64,000 nt of DNA, taken from the NCBI RefSeq assembly GCF_009834535.1, contig NC_045696.1, positions 88,290,001 through 88,354,000 of the forward strand, read 5' to 3'. This DNA comes from Camelus ferus. Lineage: Eukaryota. The notes beneath the pieces are model-generated. The model was not told where the DNA came from. It saw only the letters and a list, made by a program, of their open reading frames with translations, and ran no database searches. Shown one piece after another: positions 38,087-50,289 of this stretch. The position numbers and the translations under genes were made by a program. Every line of letters begins with the position of its first letter. Position 1 is the first letter of the stretch.

Positions 38087-39918
38087 GGGGGAGGGCTCAA
38101 GATGGCAACATAGAAGGACCCTGACTCACTTCTTCCCATAAGTACAACAAATTTACAACTGCATATGGAATAATTCCCTGTAAAAGGAACCAGAAAACTG
38201 GACAAACAGAGCCTCCACAACAAAAGGTCAAAGGACAGCACTGAGACAGGTAGGAGAGGCAGAGATACGGTCTTACCAAGAAAAATGTACACCCCAGCCA
38301 CAGTGATCCACAACCAAGAAGGATAACAAAAGTATGGGTCTTTCCCCTGCAGAGTGAGAGATCTGAGCTCCACATCAGGCACCCCAATCACTAGATCTTG
38401 GATAAGAAAAATAAGCCCTAAAAACATCTGACTTTGGAAACCAATGATAAATACACCCAGAAATAAAGGACTGCAGGGAACAAAAAAACCTGCTCTTAAA
38501 GGGCTCATGTCTAAAAACTGCCAACCAAGATTACTTGCATCTGTCAAAGTTATGTTTCAAAATGAAGGAGGATAAAGACTTTCCCAGATAAACAAAAGCT
38601 GAGGAAGTTCATCATCACTAGACTTGCCTTACTGAAACAGCAGAAAGAAATGCTGAAAGGAGTTCTTTCAGCTGAAATAAAAAGATGCTAATTAGTAACA
38701 CTAAAATACACAATCCACTCTTGAACCATGTATAAAAACAAAATCAAAATGTATTAAAGACTTAAATGTAAGACCTGAAGAAAAGAAAATAGGCAGTATG
38801 CTCTTTGACATCAGTTTTAGCAGTATTTTTTTTGGTATGTCCCCTCAGGCAAGGGCAACAAAAGGAAAAATAAACAAGTGGGACCACATCAAACTAAAAA
38901 GCTTTTGCAAAGCAAAGGAAACCATCAACAAAATGAAAAGGCAACCTAATGAATGGGAGAGATATATGCAAATCATATATTCAGTAAGGAGTTGATATCC
39001 AAAATACATAAAGAATTCATATAACTCAATATAAAAAAAATAAACAACCTGATTAAAAAATGTGCAGAGGATCTGAACAGACATTTTTCCAAAGAAGACA
39101 TACAGGTGGCCAACAGACACACAAAAAGATGCTGAAAATCACTAATTATCAAGGAAATGCAAATCAAAACCATAATGACATATCACATTCTACCTGTTAG
39201 AATGGCTATTATCAAAAAGACAAGAAAAAATAAGTGTCAGAGAGGATGCAGAGAAGAGAGAACCCTTGTGCACTATTGGTAGGACTGCAAATCGGTACAG
39301 CCACTTTGGGAAAGCAGTATGGAGTTTCCTCAAAAAAATTGGGAATAGAACTACCATATGACCCAGCTATTCCATTTCTGGGTTTATCTGAAGAACAGAA
39401 AAACATTAATTTGAAAAGACATATGCACCCCTATGTTCACTGCAGCATCATTTACAATAGCCAAGATATGGAAATAACCAAAGTATCCATCAATGGATGA
39501 ATGGGTAAAGAAGTGATATATATACATATATATACACACACACACACACCATATACACTATATATACAGTGGAATATATACTCAGCCATAAAAGAATGAA
39601 ATCCTGTCATTTGGGACAAAATGAATGAATCTTGAAGGTATTATGCTAAGTGAAATAAGTCAGACGGCAAAAGACAAACATCATAAGATTTCACTCATAT
39701 GTGAAATCTGAAAAAAAGAAAAGAAACAATTTAAAAAAAAACACCCAGATATATTGAGAATAGATTAGTGGTTACCAGAAGGGAATGAGGTTGGAAGGAC
39801 AGTGAAATAAGGGGGTCAACTATATGATGAGGGATGGTAACTAGACTTGTGGTGCTGATCACTTTTGTAATGTCAAATTATAATGCTGTACACCTAAAAT
39901 TTATATAATTTTAAAAAA
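38087..39918 (+). mobile_element. L1 retaining both 5' and 3' ends but internally deleted (~1.8 kb)
   Basis: 5' GGGGGAGGG-CAAGATGGC (YY1 motif), 5'UTR to ~38512, ORF1 C-terminal fragment ~38513-38700, ORF2 C-terminus (KWDHIKLKSFCKAKETINKMKRQP; IELPYDPAIPFLG), 3'UTR. TSD-like aaaaaaatcccaca / aaaaaattctcaca. Confidence 0.8.
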
Positions 39919-39947
39919 TTCTCACACTCTTAAATACATCATTTTTA

Positions 39948-40212
39948 GATGGAAAGAAACCCAAGCCCAAAGGGGTACATACTTCATGGTGTCACTTACA
40001 AAAAGTTCAAAAAGCAGGCAAAATCACCCTATGCTATTAGAAGTCAAAATAATAATTACCCTTCTGGCTTGAAACATGATGGGGCTTTGAGGGTCCCAGT
40101 CATACTCTGTTTCTTGATCTGGGGCTGGTTACATGTGTATGTTTCATTTATTCATGAAGTTGTAATTTTGATATGTGCTCTTTCCTGTATATGTATTTCA
40201 ATAAAAAGTTTA
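39948..40212 (+). mobile_element. Ancient L1ME-like 3' end (continuation of ~35950-36070)
   Basis: aaagttcaaaaagcaggcaaaat...ctgtttcttgatctggg...tatttcaataaaaagttt; upstream part aataaattgtgg...acaatggaatgttat at 35990-36070. Confidence 0.65.
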
Positions 40213-40730
40213 CTAGAAACACACACAAATTTATAATTACTAAAGGAACCCAGTGCCTGAAATATAACACATCTTCAACAAATATTAACAATTGCTAAAC
40301 AAATGAATGTATAAATTTTTGTAAAGGCAAAGAATACAGTACAAGAGAGAGACAGCAGGTGGGACTTCTTGAGTTTGGCTACTCAGAGATGTTCTTCCTA
40401 AGGAAACAGTATTCCCAGGATAGCCAGTGGACTGGAGGAGAGCGGAGACCCATGAGCAGGAAGAGGAGCATGTGTGAGGATGCAGGGCTGGAACGGGATT
40501 GCTCACTGGGAGGATGACAGAGGCCCACGGTCCTGGAGTGTGGAAGCAGAGAGCTGTAGAACATAAGCTCCCTAAGATTTTCTGCATGTTTCTGCCTCTA
40601 TGACTCTCCTTCTAATAGGCTCTCTTCCCAGAAGGCAATCTTCTTAAAATTTAGTCCAACATTCAAGACTCATCTCAACTTCTTTAAGAAATCTCTCCTG
40701 ATGACTCCAGCCAGGAATTAGATGCAATAG

Positions 40731-43700
40731 TGTTGAGGGAGGTCATCCAAAAGACGTGACGCGGAAGCTGAACCAGGGCAATCAGAGGCTCTTTACCATG
40801 TCTCCTGTCCTTGGAATATACACCCCACCTACCATTCCCACCGTGGAACTGTTCCAAGGACATTACCTTGAGAAAGCAGGATATTGTTGAGACCATCTGG
40901 ACAGTATATGTGACTAAACCCAGTGAAGGCCTCTATATAAACTTTTCAAAATCTGGCAGGTGGGTGCAGCTACCCAAGACAAGCATGGTAAGTAAGTTCC
41001 CTTGCTTATTAAACCTGCCACCAACCAATCTGGAGTGATCTGCCTCTTTCTTGGGGTCTCTTCCTGCCCTCCGTGTATAGACATCAGTTTCAGATTACAG
41101 CCGGGAAACCCCCAAGAAAGCTGCAAATCTACAATCAGCAAGCCAGGCAGGAGACTGAATATATGTGCACTGGGAAAGAGGCATCCAGAGGGGAAATCCC
41201 GACTTGGCCAGCAACCTGTCTGCAGGGAACAGTGGCCTGTATGTTAGATGCCTGTGGTCTGCTGCATGTATATGGGGATGCCCCCAAAACGCCAGCTGGC
41301 ATTTTTGTTTGAGGAACTGCACATAGTGCCTTGCAGCAAAGAAGGGAAATGAATGGCTGCTGCAGTGGGCTGGCCTTCACTGTAAACTGGTGCAGCCAGG
41401 CTGGAGATTGAGTTAGAGAGCTGGAAGAAAAGCTGAGGCTAAAGAAAGACATGCAATTGTCCGCTACTCTGCTAGCTTTGGGGCTGGCAGACAAGGTGAG
41501 AGAGCAGGATAATAAGTTGGAGAGCTTAGCGTAGTATTTTGCAAAGCTAGGAGGGAGAAAGTTGCCATGGATTAAGGTCCAAGCACTTGTGACAAAGCCT
41601 GATTTCGTGCTAAGATGTGGAATCCCTGGGAAAGTGATGAGATTAAAGAGGAGGATGCTACAGTAATTGATGAGGAAACAGGTGAACTGGCTGTATGCCA
41701 TCCTACTACAAAGGAAAATTTAAATAGCAATTTCTTTCTCTGTCTTTTGAAGTTGTAAATCTTATTATGTCTTTGAAATATAAACACCCTGGGAGACAAC
41801 CAAAACATTGCCTACAGAGACTAAAGAAAAAGCGAGGTGGGATGGGTGGGTAGGGAAAGGCTTTTTAAAACACAGACTGCTGTAGAAGTTCCTTTGCCCC
41901 AAAATCTAGTCCACAGCCTCCAAAAGATCACAAATACCAGTAAAAAGCTTTAGCTATATGAGTGTGTATCTGATTCAGGGCTAAAGTTTTAGAGTGGAAG
42001 TCATGGAGTTTCTGTTTGTGTCTGTCTGCGTGTTTACGTATGCCTTTAAGATGTAAGTTGTGCAGTCGTTACACGTTTCTACTTACAGAGTATATTACCA
42101 AAACTGATTTGTAAAAGAGTCGAGGTTTTTTACAAAACTACTAGAAAAAGAGTGAAAGAAAATGACTGTATACGAAAAATAGATAAGAAAAATAGAATGT
42201 GTTTCTTTTTAGACAAAGAATATGAAGGACATTGTATGAAATCCCTAAAAATCTGATATGCCCTGGTGTTAGAGTGGGCAGATAGCTAGATGTGAGCAGA
42301 GAAAGGGGAACACAGACCAAATGGCAGGAATTGGGCAGAATGGAGGGGCATAAGCCAAATGCAGGAAACCATACATCATGTAAGCACCAGGGGTCCCTGG
42401 GCAGAGAAAGAAAAGCAGGAATCTTTGGGCTGATAAGTGGTCATACCTGTAGGGGTGATGAGTAGCCTGGAGACTGACAAAGAAAGGTGAGGAAAGGCAG
42501 GAATTTCCAGTGTCCGAATGTAACCTTTTGCTCATTATACCCTCATTTCAATAAAATTAGCCTTGTAGATTAGAAGTACCCATCGTGTAACAATCCCATG
42601 GCACTTCCAATCCAGACTAAATAAAGACAAAAATCCCTCCTCCCTTTGGGAAGGTGGAGTTGGGATGATAATCAGGGAATACGACCCCAAACACTTCCCT
42701 CCCCAATGAATATTCTGTCCATTCATTTTTACACCCTATGTAACTAACTTGCCAAAGAAACACAGGGCAGCCGCTCACCTGAGCCTGCCTGCTCTCCCCT
42801 TGAGAGTGTACTATCCATCTTTTAATAAAATTTTACTTTACTTTTTTAACCACTATGTCTCGTCTCTGAATTCTTTCTGGGACGGGACAAGAACCTGGAA
42901 TACCGGTTGCATCCACCGGCAACACTGGTATAATGTTTTATCAGTCACAATTTTAAAATGTATGTCACAGAAATAACCAAATTCACTTAACAATTGCATT
43001 ATAAAGATCTCATCAGAACTTTAACCATGGCCATATTTTTACATCTTTTGTCATTTGCAAATAGTTATTATTTTACTCTGATGCCTTGACAAAAAGGGTT
43101 CCTGCAAAAGTGCTTTATATTCAAGGAGATTCACAGAAAATATTTTCACAAGAACAGGTTTCTGATAACTGAGATAAATTTGCCTTTATATGGGAGGAGC
43201 AACAATGGACCTCTCAAGTGCTTCCCTGAGGCTACCTGCATAGCCCCACAACATGTCATGGGATGGTAGCCAAGACCTGTCCCTGTTCTACTTCCCCACA
43301 TCAGTAAAATGGGCCCATTACACTGCTGATACAATGTTAACATGTGAAGACTTGCTAGAAATCTGTGAGGTAGAAAATGGGCAGTGAACTCACAGAAAAT
43401 TCAAGGCACAGTCACCACCACCATGTTTCTGGGAGTCGTTTGGTCAGATAAAATGTGTGTTGTCTTAGAAGCTGTGTTTAATAAGTTGCAAGCCTATCCA
43501 ACCCCTAAGAATGCAAAAGAAATGCAAAGCTTTGTAGAAATTTTAGGGTTTTAGAGGACTTTTATTCCTTAGTTGGCACAGTATGTTCACCCAGTAAAGA
43601 AATCAGAAGAGCAAGCCACCTTTGAGAAGGCAAAAATACTGATGATGCAGATTAAAGCTCTGGGCACCTCCCAAGCAGGGCTATCATTTGAGTTAGATGT

Positions 43701-45426
43701 GTTTGTGACCCCAGAAGGTGTGGATCAGGACCTGGGGCAGAACAACAGAGGAGGAGAATGCCCCTCGGATTTTGGTCCCAGGTCTGGACAATGGGAAGCA
43801 AGGGTGGATGATTCATGAGTTGGTCTTTGTGGGGTCAGGATGTATGAAGGGACATCTGGGTTTGGCCCCGAAAGCCTGAGGCAGTCTTCACTGTTTTCCA
43901 CATCCTGGGTCATTAGGCACTGACACCCCCTGGCAATCAGGAACCTGATGCTCCAGCTCAGAAATGAGCCCATGCAACTGACCCTTCAGTAGCTACAGCA
44001 GATTGGGTACATAAAAGCAGCAGCCACCGCACTGCTTGGGTGGGATGGCATATTGCCAAGGATGCCTAATTGCCCTGGAAACACAGTGACTTGGTTAATG
44101 CGGTAACAGCATGTCCTGTGTATTCTAAACAGTGCCCAAGGCAACATTGTGATCTGACACATCCACTGCAGTTCCCAACTGGGGAGGGATCGGCAAATTG
44201 GTTACATTAGCCCCCTCCCTGTGAGTGAGGGCTCTACATATGCCTTGGTTTGTGTGGACACTGTGTCTGGTTTAACTTAAGCTTTCACCTGTTGCCATGC
44301 AAACCAGCCTGCTACTATTAGGGGATTACAGAAGCCGAGTACCATGTATGGATACCCTGTTCGAATAGACAGTGATCAGAGGATCACATTACAAAGATAA
44401 TGATGGGCAAAAGAACATGACATTAAATAGAGTTTCCATCTCCCCTATAATCTGCAAGCAACAGGGCTGGTAGAAAGGAAAAATGGAATATTCAGCAGTA
44501 GATTAAATTTCTAACAAGTAAAATCACCTTAGCTGGGTGAACTAAAGTACTTCCTCAGGCTTTAATACATGTGAATAACCAACCAGTACTGCCTGTTGCC
44601 GCATATGCCAGATGCGGGACCCCTGACAAGGCACCCAATACTGTAAAGGTATGAGAATGGTAGGAAAAAGCCATTGCCTGACTCTCACAATAGGTCAACA
44701 TGCTATGCTGCTGAGAACACCAAGCCCCATCATGCCTGGGGAAAAAAACTGGAATATGCAGTGGGATGTCTCACCTGGATAAGTGAGTTACTTTGTCTCC
44801 TCTGGGAGTCCGTCATCCCACGGCAAGCCAGACCCATTGAAACACATTGTACCTGGAATAGAATACACACAATTTAAAGAGCGGAGAAGGTAGGGGACCT
44901 AGTCTGGCATATCGCACCCCCAGTCCACCTCCTCATGTCTGACAGTGCTGCCTCCCCAAGCAACATGTATGGTATGTACAATCAGGTCAAGTTTCTAAAG
45001 CTGCCAACCTCCTTTTCTTGAAGGTTAGGTGGACATACTCTGTGTTCCACCGGTACAATCATTTGGTCACTGTTTGTTCTCTCCATTGGCCTGGAGGACA
45101 TTATAGCACACATAGAAGCCCTAACTAAATTCACCCAGCAAGCCTTAAATAATAGTCAGCAATGCCTGTCTTTACGGAACACTGAAATGTCTCTAATGAG
45201 AAAAGCTGTCCTCCATTTGAAGATTCTGGTGGGCGGGCACGAAAATCCACTCATCTTGTGGCTGCCCAAGACAAGCCTTATAAGTAAGTTCTCTTCCTTA
45301 TTAAACCTGCCACCTACCAATCTGGAGTGATCTGCATCTTTTCTTGGGTCTTTCTTTGCCCTTTGTGTATGGGTGCCAGTTTCAGGTTACACTCAGGAAA
45401 TTCCTGAGGAAGTTGTGAACCAAAAA
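40731..45426 (+). mobile_element. Degraded ERVL-like (class III) provirus: 5' LTR 40731-41133, PBS, gag/pol remnants, env TM remnant, truncated 3' LTR ~45216-45426
   Basis: Direct LTR homology (cccaagacaagc...aagtaagttc...ttattaaacctgccacc.accaatctggagtgatctgc) at ~40975-41045 and ~45265-45335. RT-connection-like KLQAYPTPKNAKEMQSFVEILGF*RTFIP near 43483. Integrase-like QIGYISPLPVSEGSTYALVCVDTVSG and YGYPVRIDSDQ at ~44190-44380. Multiple stops. Confidence 0.85.
42267..42924 (+). mobile_element. Solo ERV1-type LTR inserted within the provirus
   Basis: TG...CA termini, perfect 4-bp TSD ctgg (42263-42266 / 42925-42928), AATAAA near 42824, homologous to 62453-62955. Confidence 0.85.
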
Positions 45427-48104
45427 ACACACCTATGTCACACCCCTCTGAAAACCCCATGACAACCCGCACTTCTTCCATAACACTGTCCTACTCTGTG
45501 TTGCATTGTGTGTACATGTATCTAGTTCTCCCTTCTAGATAACAAGCTACTTAAAGACAAGGAATTTGTCTTAGTCATCTTTGTAGAACCCCCATTCCAG
45601 TGCTAGTGCCATGCTTTGCAAATATTGTCCAATAGGAACTGAATTGGGGTGTTGGCATAATTCAGCTGATGTGGGATGAACAGAAACAGTGGGAAGCACT
45701 GTGCATATAGGAGTGTATCAAGTAGGAATACCTTTGTCTGCAAGGACCAGAAAAGCTGAACAACCATGACTTAAACAATGAAGAATTTATTTTTCTCATA
45801 TAACCAAAGCTAGGCAGCTATTGGCAATTGGTTTAGCTACTAAGCCACACCCAAGGGCCAAGATTCTTGCTTATTTCTGCTCAGTATTCTTCACAGACTG
45901 GCTTTTGCCCCCGTGGCTATCTCCCTGTGATGAAAAGATGGTTTTTGCCTCTTCAGAGAACTTCTCCATTTCAAAGCAGGAAAAGAGGGGGAATGGTCCA
46001 GAGCCAAACCAACTGCTCCTGTCCTCTTTTATAGGCAAATAAAAAATTCCCCAGCTTGTGAGCATGTTCTGCCCACATCTTGTTGGTCAGAACTGGGTTA
46101 CATGGCTAGCAACAAGAGAAGCTAAAAAATACAAGAATGTGATTTAAAAATTTGGCATAGACCCAGCTGTAGGCACTTTGCCACCATTAAAAAAAAAAAA
46201 CAACCAAGCATTTCATTGAAAAGAAAGAAAAGGGGACTGTCTCTTGGAATAATAAACATGTGATTTCAGCCTATGGGGTGATGTAGGCCCGAAGATGAGA
46301 TCACAGGTACAGAAGCTAAACCAGGCACCTTAAACCCAAAGTCTACAAGGGAGTAAATGAGTAAAACAGGCAGGTGATTTCTGTACAGATCTATATTATA
46401 TGCATTTTATTCCCCAGGATCATTAGCTTTCTCAAGGAAATATACTTTCTCCCATTGTTCTTGAATTACGTGGCATCTTGGTCTGTATCACACTTTTGAT
46501 ACAGATGAGATTATAGGACATATTCCAATATTCCATTAATTCTACCCATAAGACAAAACTGCAATCACATGAATGGATGGATGACAACTGATATTCAGCC
46601 TCCATGTCTGAAGAAATAGAGGCATAGGAAGGGGCTGGAACATGAACAGCTGCTATTCAGTCCCACTCAGTGATAGTTGCTATGGTGGAATGCTATCAGA
46701 TTTTCCAAGAGAAATCAGAAATGTGGATTTGCATGTGAAATCTCATGGTTAAATGTTAGTAATGAATGTAGGAGGTTTCAAACACAAGGGCTAAATGATC
46801 TGTGCCCTCTTGGGAGCAGCTGTCAAGGAAGAGAGCTCTCACCATGGGCCAAGCTCAGCCAACCCTCTCGGAGCTTCCTTTCCCACTACAGATCCCAGCA
46901 TTTTCCATAGGCACATTCCTTTCCCACCTCCTACTGTTTAGATAGTCCCATCAACTTTGACAAACAAAAATGTTTTAAATAAGAACATTTTAAATTCTAA
47001 AACTGGAGTTTACTTGTAAGAGGAAATCTCTCCTACTGTTAGAAAGTTCTTTCCAATTTTTTATTAAAAGTTGAACTTATGTACCTTTTTTAACCTTTAG
47101 TAAGAATTTCTAAAATTTTACACAATCAGATTTAAAAACCAAAACCAGATACTTCTGGTCACCATAAAGAGCAAATATTGACTCACTTGCTGGTGAGATA
47201 ACTGCTTCTTTGCTAACTCTTTCATTTATTTGTTTCCATTTAGAAAGTGCTGTTTGCTTTATAAATAAGACCAATGGTCTGTTTTCAGCTCAAGAAAATG
47301 CTGGACTTCCTTACTTTCTCAAATTTTCCAAGTTTTCCAAAGTAAAACTTTAAATAAGTAAAGCTCTGCTTTGTCTTCAAGCATTTTGATTTTTCTTCTC
47401 TCTCCGGTTGTTTTCTGTTTTCCCATTTCACTCTGGCCCTAGGCCTTTTGGTAAGCCTGTAACAAAACGAAGAGTAATCTGACAAAGAAAATCCTCCTCA
47501 CTTCACAAAGTAATATTCTTGATGATTAGTGTCACTAGCCAAGGCAACCATTCCCCAATCTCAAATCTAATACTGCTTTTCTCTCATTGTGATAGAGGTG
47601 CAGCTCTCAGACTCTGCTGTCTGACTCCAGTACTTAGTATCTGTCTTAGTACTTAGGCTTTCTCATAATTGGACCACTGTGCAGTTTTTTCACCAGGTTT
47701 ATAATATTCCTTTTCCTCTGAGAAGTCCTTGGGATTTTCTATGTCTTTTTTCTCCTTCTCCTAGATATAAAAAATAATAAAAACTATTAAATAACTAAAG
47801 GTAAAGTACATTTTTTCAAAACATGGTCCTTCCAGGTACCTAATATCTACCCACACCAAATCAACTTCAGCAACTCTCCCCATGTAAGTATAAGTATTTG
47901 TAGTTTATACATCAGCAGTCAATTCTTTGAATGATCCCCATTTTTCTTTCTTATATAAGCATAATACATACCACCTTCCCATGTTTATCTAATAGTTATT
48001 GCTCCTTGATTTTTCTTAATGTTACCATCATGGTGATTAGGTTCACTATGGTGAAGGCATTGCTTTTCCTTAAATATAAATCAGAGTGAACCAAAATTTC
48101 CCAA

Positions 48105-48760
48105 TTTTATTTTTTTATTTTAATTTTTTTATTGAGGTATAGTCAGTTTACAATGTTGTATCAATTTCTAGTGTACAGCACAATTCTTCAGTCATATGTG
48201 AATATACATATATTCATATTCATATTCTTTTTCACCATAAGTTACTACAAGATATTGAATATATTTTCCTGTGCTATACAGTATAAACTTGTTTATCTAT
48301 TTTATATATACCAGTCAGTATCTGCAAATCCTGAACTCCCAGTTTATCCCTTCCCATTCTCCATCCCTCTGGCAACCACAAGTCTGTATTCTATGTCTGC
48401 GAGTCTGTTTCTGTTTTATATGTAAGTTCATTTGTCTTTTTTTTTTTAGATTCCACATGTGAGTGATAACACATGGTATTTTTCTTTCTCTTTCTGGCTT
48501 ATTTCACTTAGAATGACATTCTCCAGGGCCATCCATGTTGCTGCAAATGGCATTGTTTTATCATTTTTAATGGCTGAATAGTATTCCATTGTATAAATAT
48601 GCCACAACTTCTTTATCCAGTCATCTGTCTATGGACATTTAGGTTGTTTCCATGTCTTGGCTATTGTAAATAGTGTTGCCATGAACACTGGGGTGCAGGT
48701 GGCCTTTTGAATTAGGGTTCCCTCTGGATATATGCCCAGGAGTGGGATTGCTGGGTCATA
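48105..48760 (-). mobile_element. Young L1 3'-end fragment
   Basis: attgaggtatagtcagtttacaatg...ggagtgggattgctgggtcata. Confidence 0.88.
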
Positions 48761-49526
48761 AATATGTTTATTTTTAATTTATGTTATTTGTAGTTCTAAA
48801 AAGCATTTGGCATCACTTATAATAAAAATATGTGGCCAGGTTAATTTAAAGAAAAATAAAAATAGAAGTCAAAAATCTTTCAGAATTGGAGTAAGATAGT
48901 TACTGTCACAGAGCATAAAATCTGGCTTGAAGTTTCCTGGCATGCAAGGAAAAAGAAAACCAGAAAGTGATGCAAAGCTCTCATCATGTTATCAAATAAG
49001 GTGCATGAGTTCTTCCTTCAATAAACAAATCCATTTAATTTGCAGAGGACTCACAATGCCTCAGATGCCAAGATTGCTATGTGGATATACAGACAGATGA
49101 TATTAAAATGACCTGAAGAGTCCAGCATCCAGTGGGGTTGACAGACATAATGATGACAATGGAATGAATTAAATTTAGCAATTTAAATATGTACAGGACG
49201 TTACAGGAACACTTACTGGACTTAGGAGTGTTCCCTCTCCTGAAGGAGAAGCAAGTGACTGCCTAGGACTGAATTCACAGACAAGGGTTTCCATGTACTA
49301 GATGCCCACGCTAGAGGACAGCACACACACAAAGAATATCTGGAGTTTCAGGTGAGAAAGCCAGTGCAGTTTGTATGAAGTAAACACAATCAATTTGTGA
49401 AAAATTTTGTTTCGTCTTTGGGGAGTGATATTGTATTTGAGGTGTCTCAAGTTCAAAATCCATCAAATTAAAAATGGCTGGATATGACCTAGAAAAATAA
49501 AAACATATTCTGGGCTACATAAAATA

Positions 49527-49581
49527 TAATGTCCATTGACAGATGACTGGATAAAGAAGATGTGATATGTGTATATATGTG

Positions 49582-49627
<46 letters not shown>

Positions 49628-50102
49628 TGGAATAGTACTCAGCCATAAAAAATGAAATAATGCCATTTACAGCAACATGGATTAACCTAGAGATTATAAT
49701 ATTAAATGAAGTAAGTCAGAGAAAGACAAATACCATATAATATCACTTATATGTGGAATCTTAAAAATGATACAAACAAACTTCTTTACAAATTAGGAAT
49801 AGACTCACAGACATTAAAAAACAAGTTATGGTTATCAAAGGGGAAAGAGGTGGAGGAGAAGGATAAATTAGGAGTTTGGGATTAATATATACACACTACT
49901 ACATATGAAATACATAAACAACAAGGACCTACTGTATAGCACAAAGAGCTATATTTAATATCTTGTAATAACCTATAATGGAAAAGAATCTGAACCAGAA
50001 TATATATGTATATGTTTAAGTGAATCACTTTGCTGTACGCCTGAAACTAATACAACATAGTAAATCAACTATACTACAATTAAAATAAAATAAAATATAA
50101 AA
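49527..50102 (+). mobile_element. L1 3'-end fragment with (CA)n
   Basis: aatgtccattgacagatgactggataaagaagatg...aatcaactatactacaattaaaa. Confidence 0.88.
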
Positions 50103-50289
50103 CATGAGCCATGCAGTTCTATTCAAAAACAGTTCACAAAACCTGCAGTTTTAAGGCTGTGCATCACTAATTGACATTTGGATCAATTTGACCAAGAGGG
50201 AATTTGATCATTAAGAATTCAGCCATGCCCAGTAGGGGCCCTTCATGATGGACGGTGACAAGCCCATGCACGCACAGCCTCTCCCTCAG

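Larger units (their letters stand above)
36071..39947 (+). pseudogene. CISD2: Processed pseudogene of CISD2 (CDGSH iron-sulfur domain 2); CDS remnant ~36144-36542, 3'UTR split by two L1 insertions
   Basis: Fragments VLENMACIGKV, LTVSEWL, IALFVYLAAHPFL, VNEINIEALCLTKAVHGRCC and YELTEDDIGPTLLKKTGV align with CISD2 as recalled (VLESVARIVKV, LTVSEWL, VNEINIEDLCLTKAAYCRCW, NELTGDNVGPLILKKKEV). Start codon lost, several frameshifts, no introns. Outer boundaries approximate. Confidence 0.88.

Noticed and set aside
38068..38547. 159-aa minus-strand ORF in the L1 5'UTR (ORF0-like?)
   Set aside because: Begins at a non-ATG codon across a deletion junction, with no recognisable homology; ORF0 is known from primate L1s.
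41135..41701. 188-aa minus-strand ORF
   Set aside because: Antisense to the degraded ERV leader/gag; no recognisable protein.
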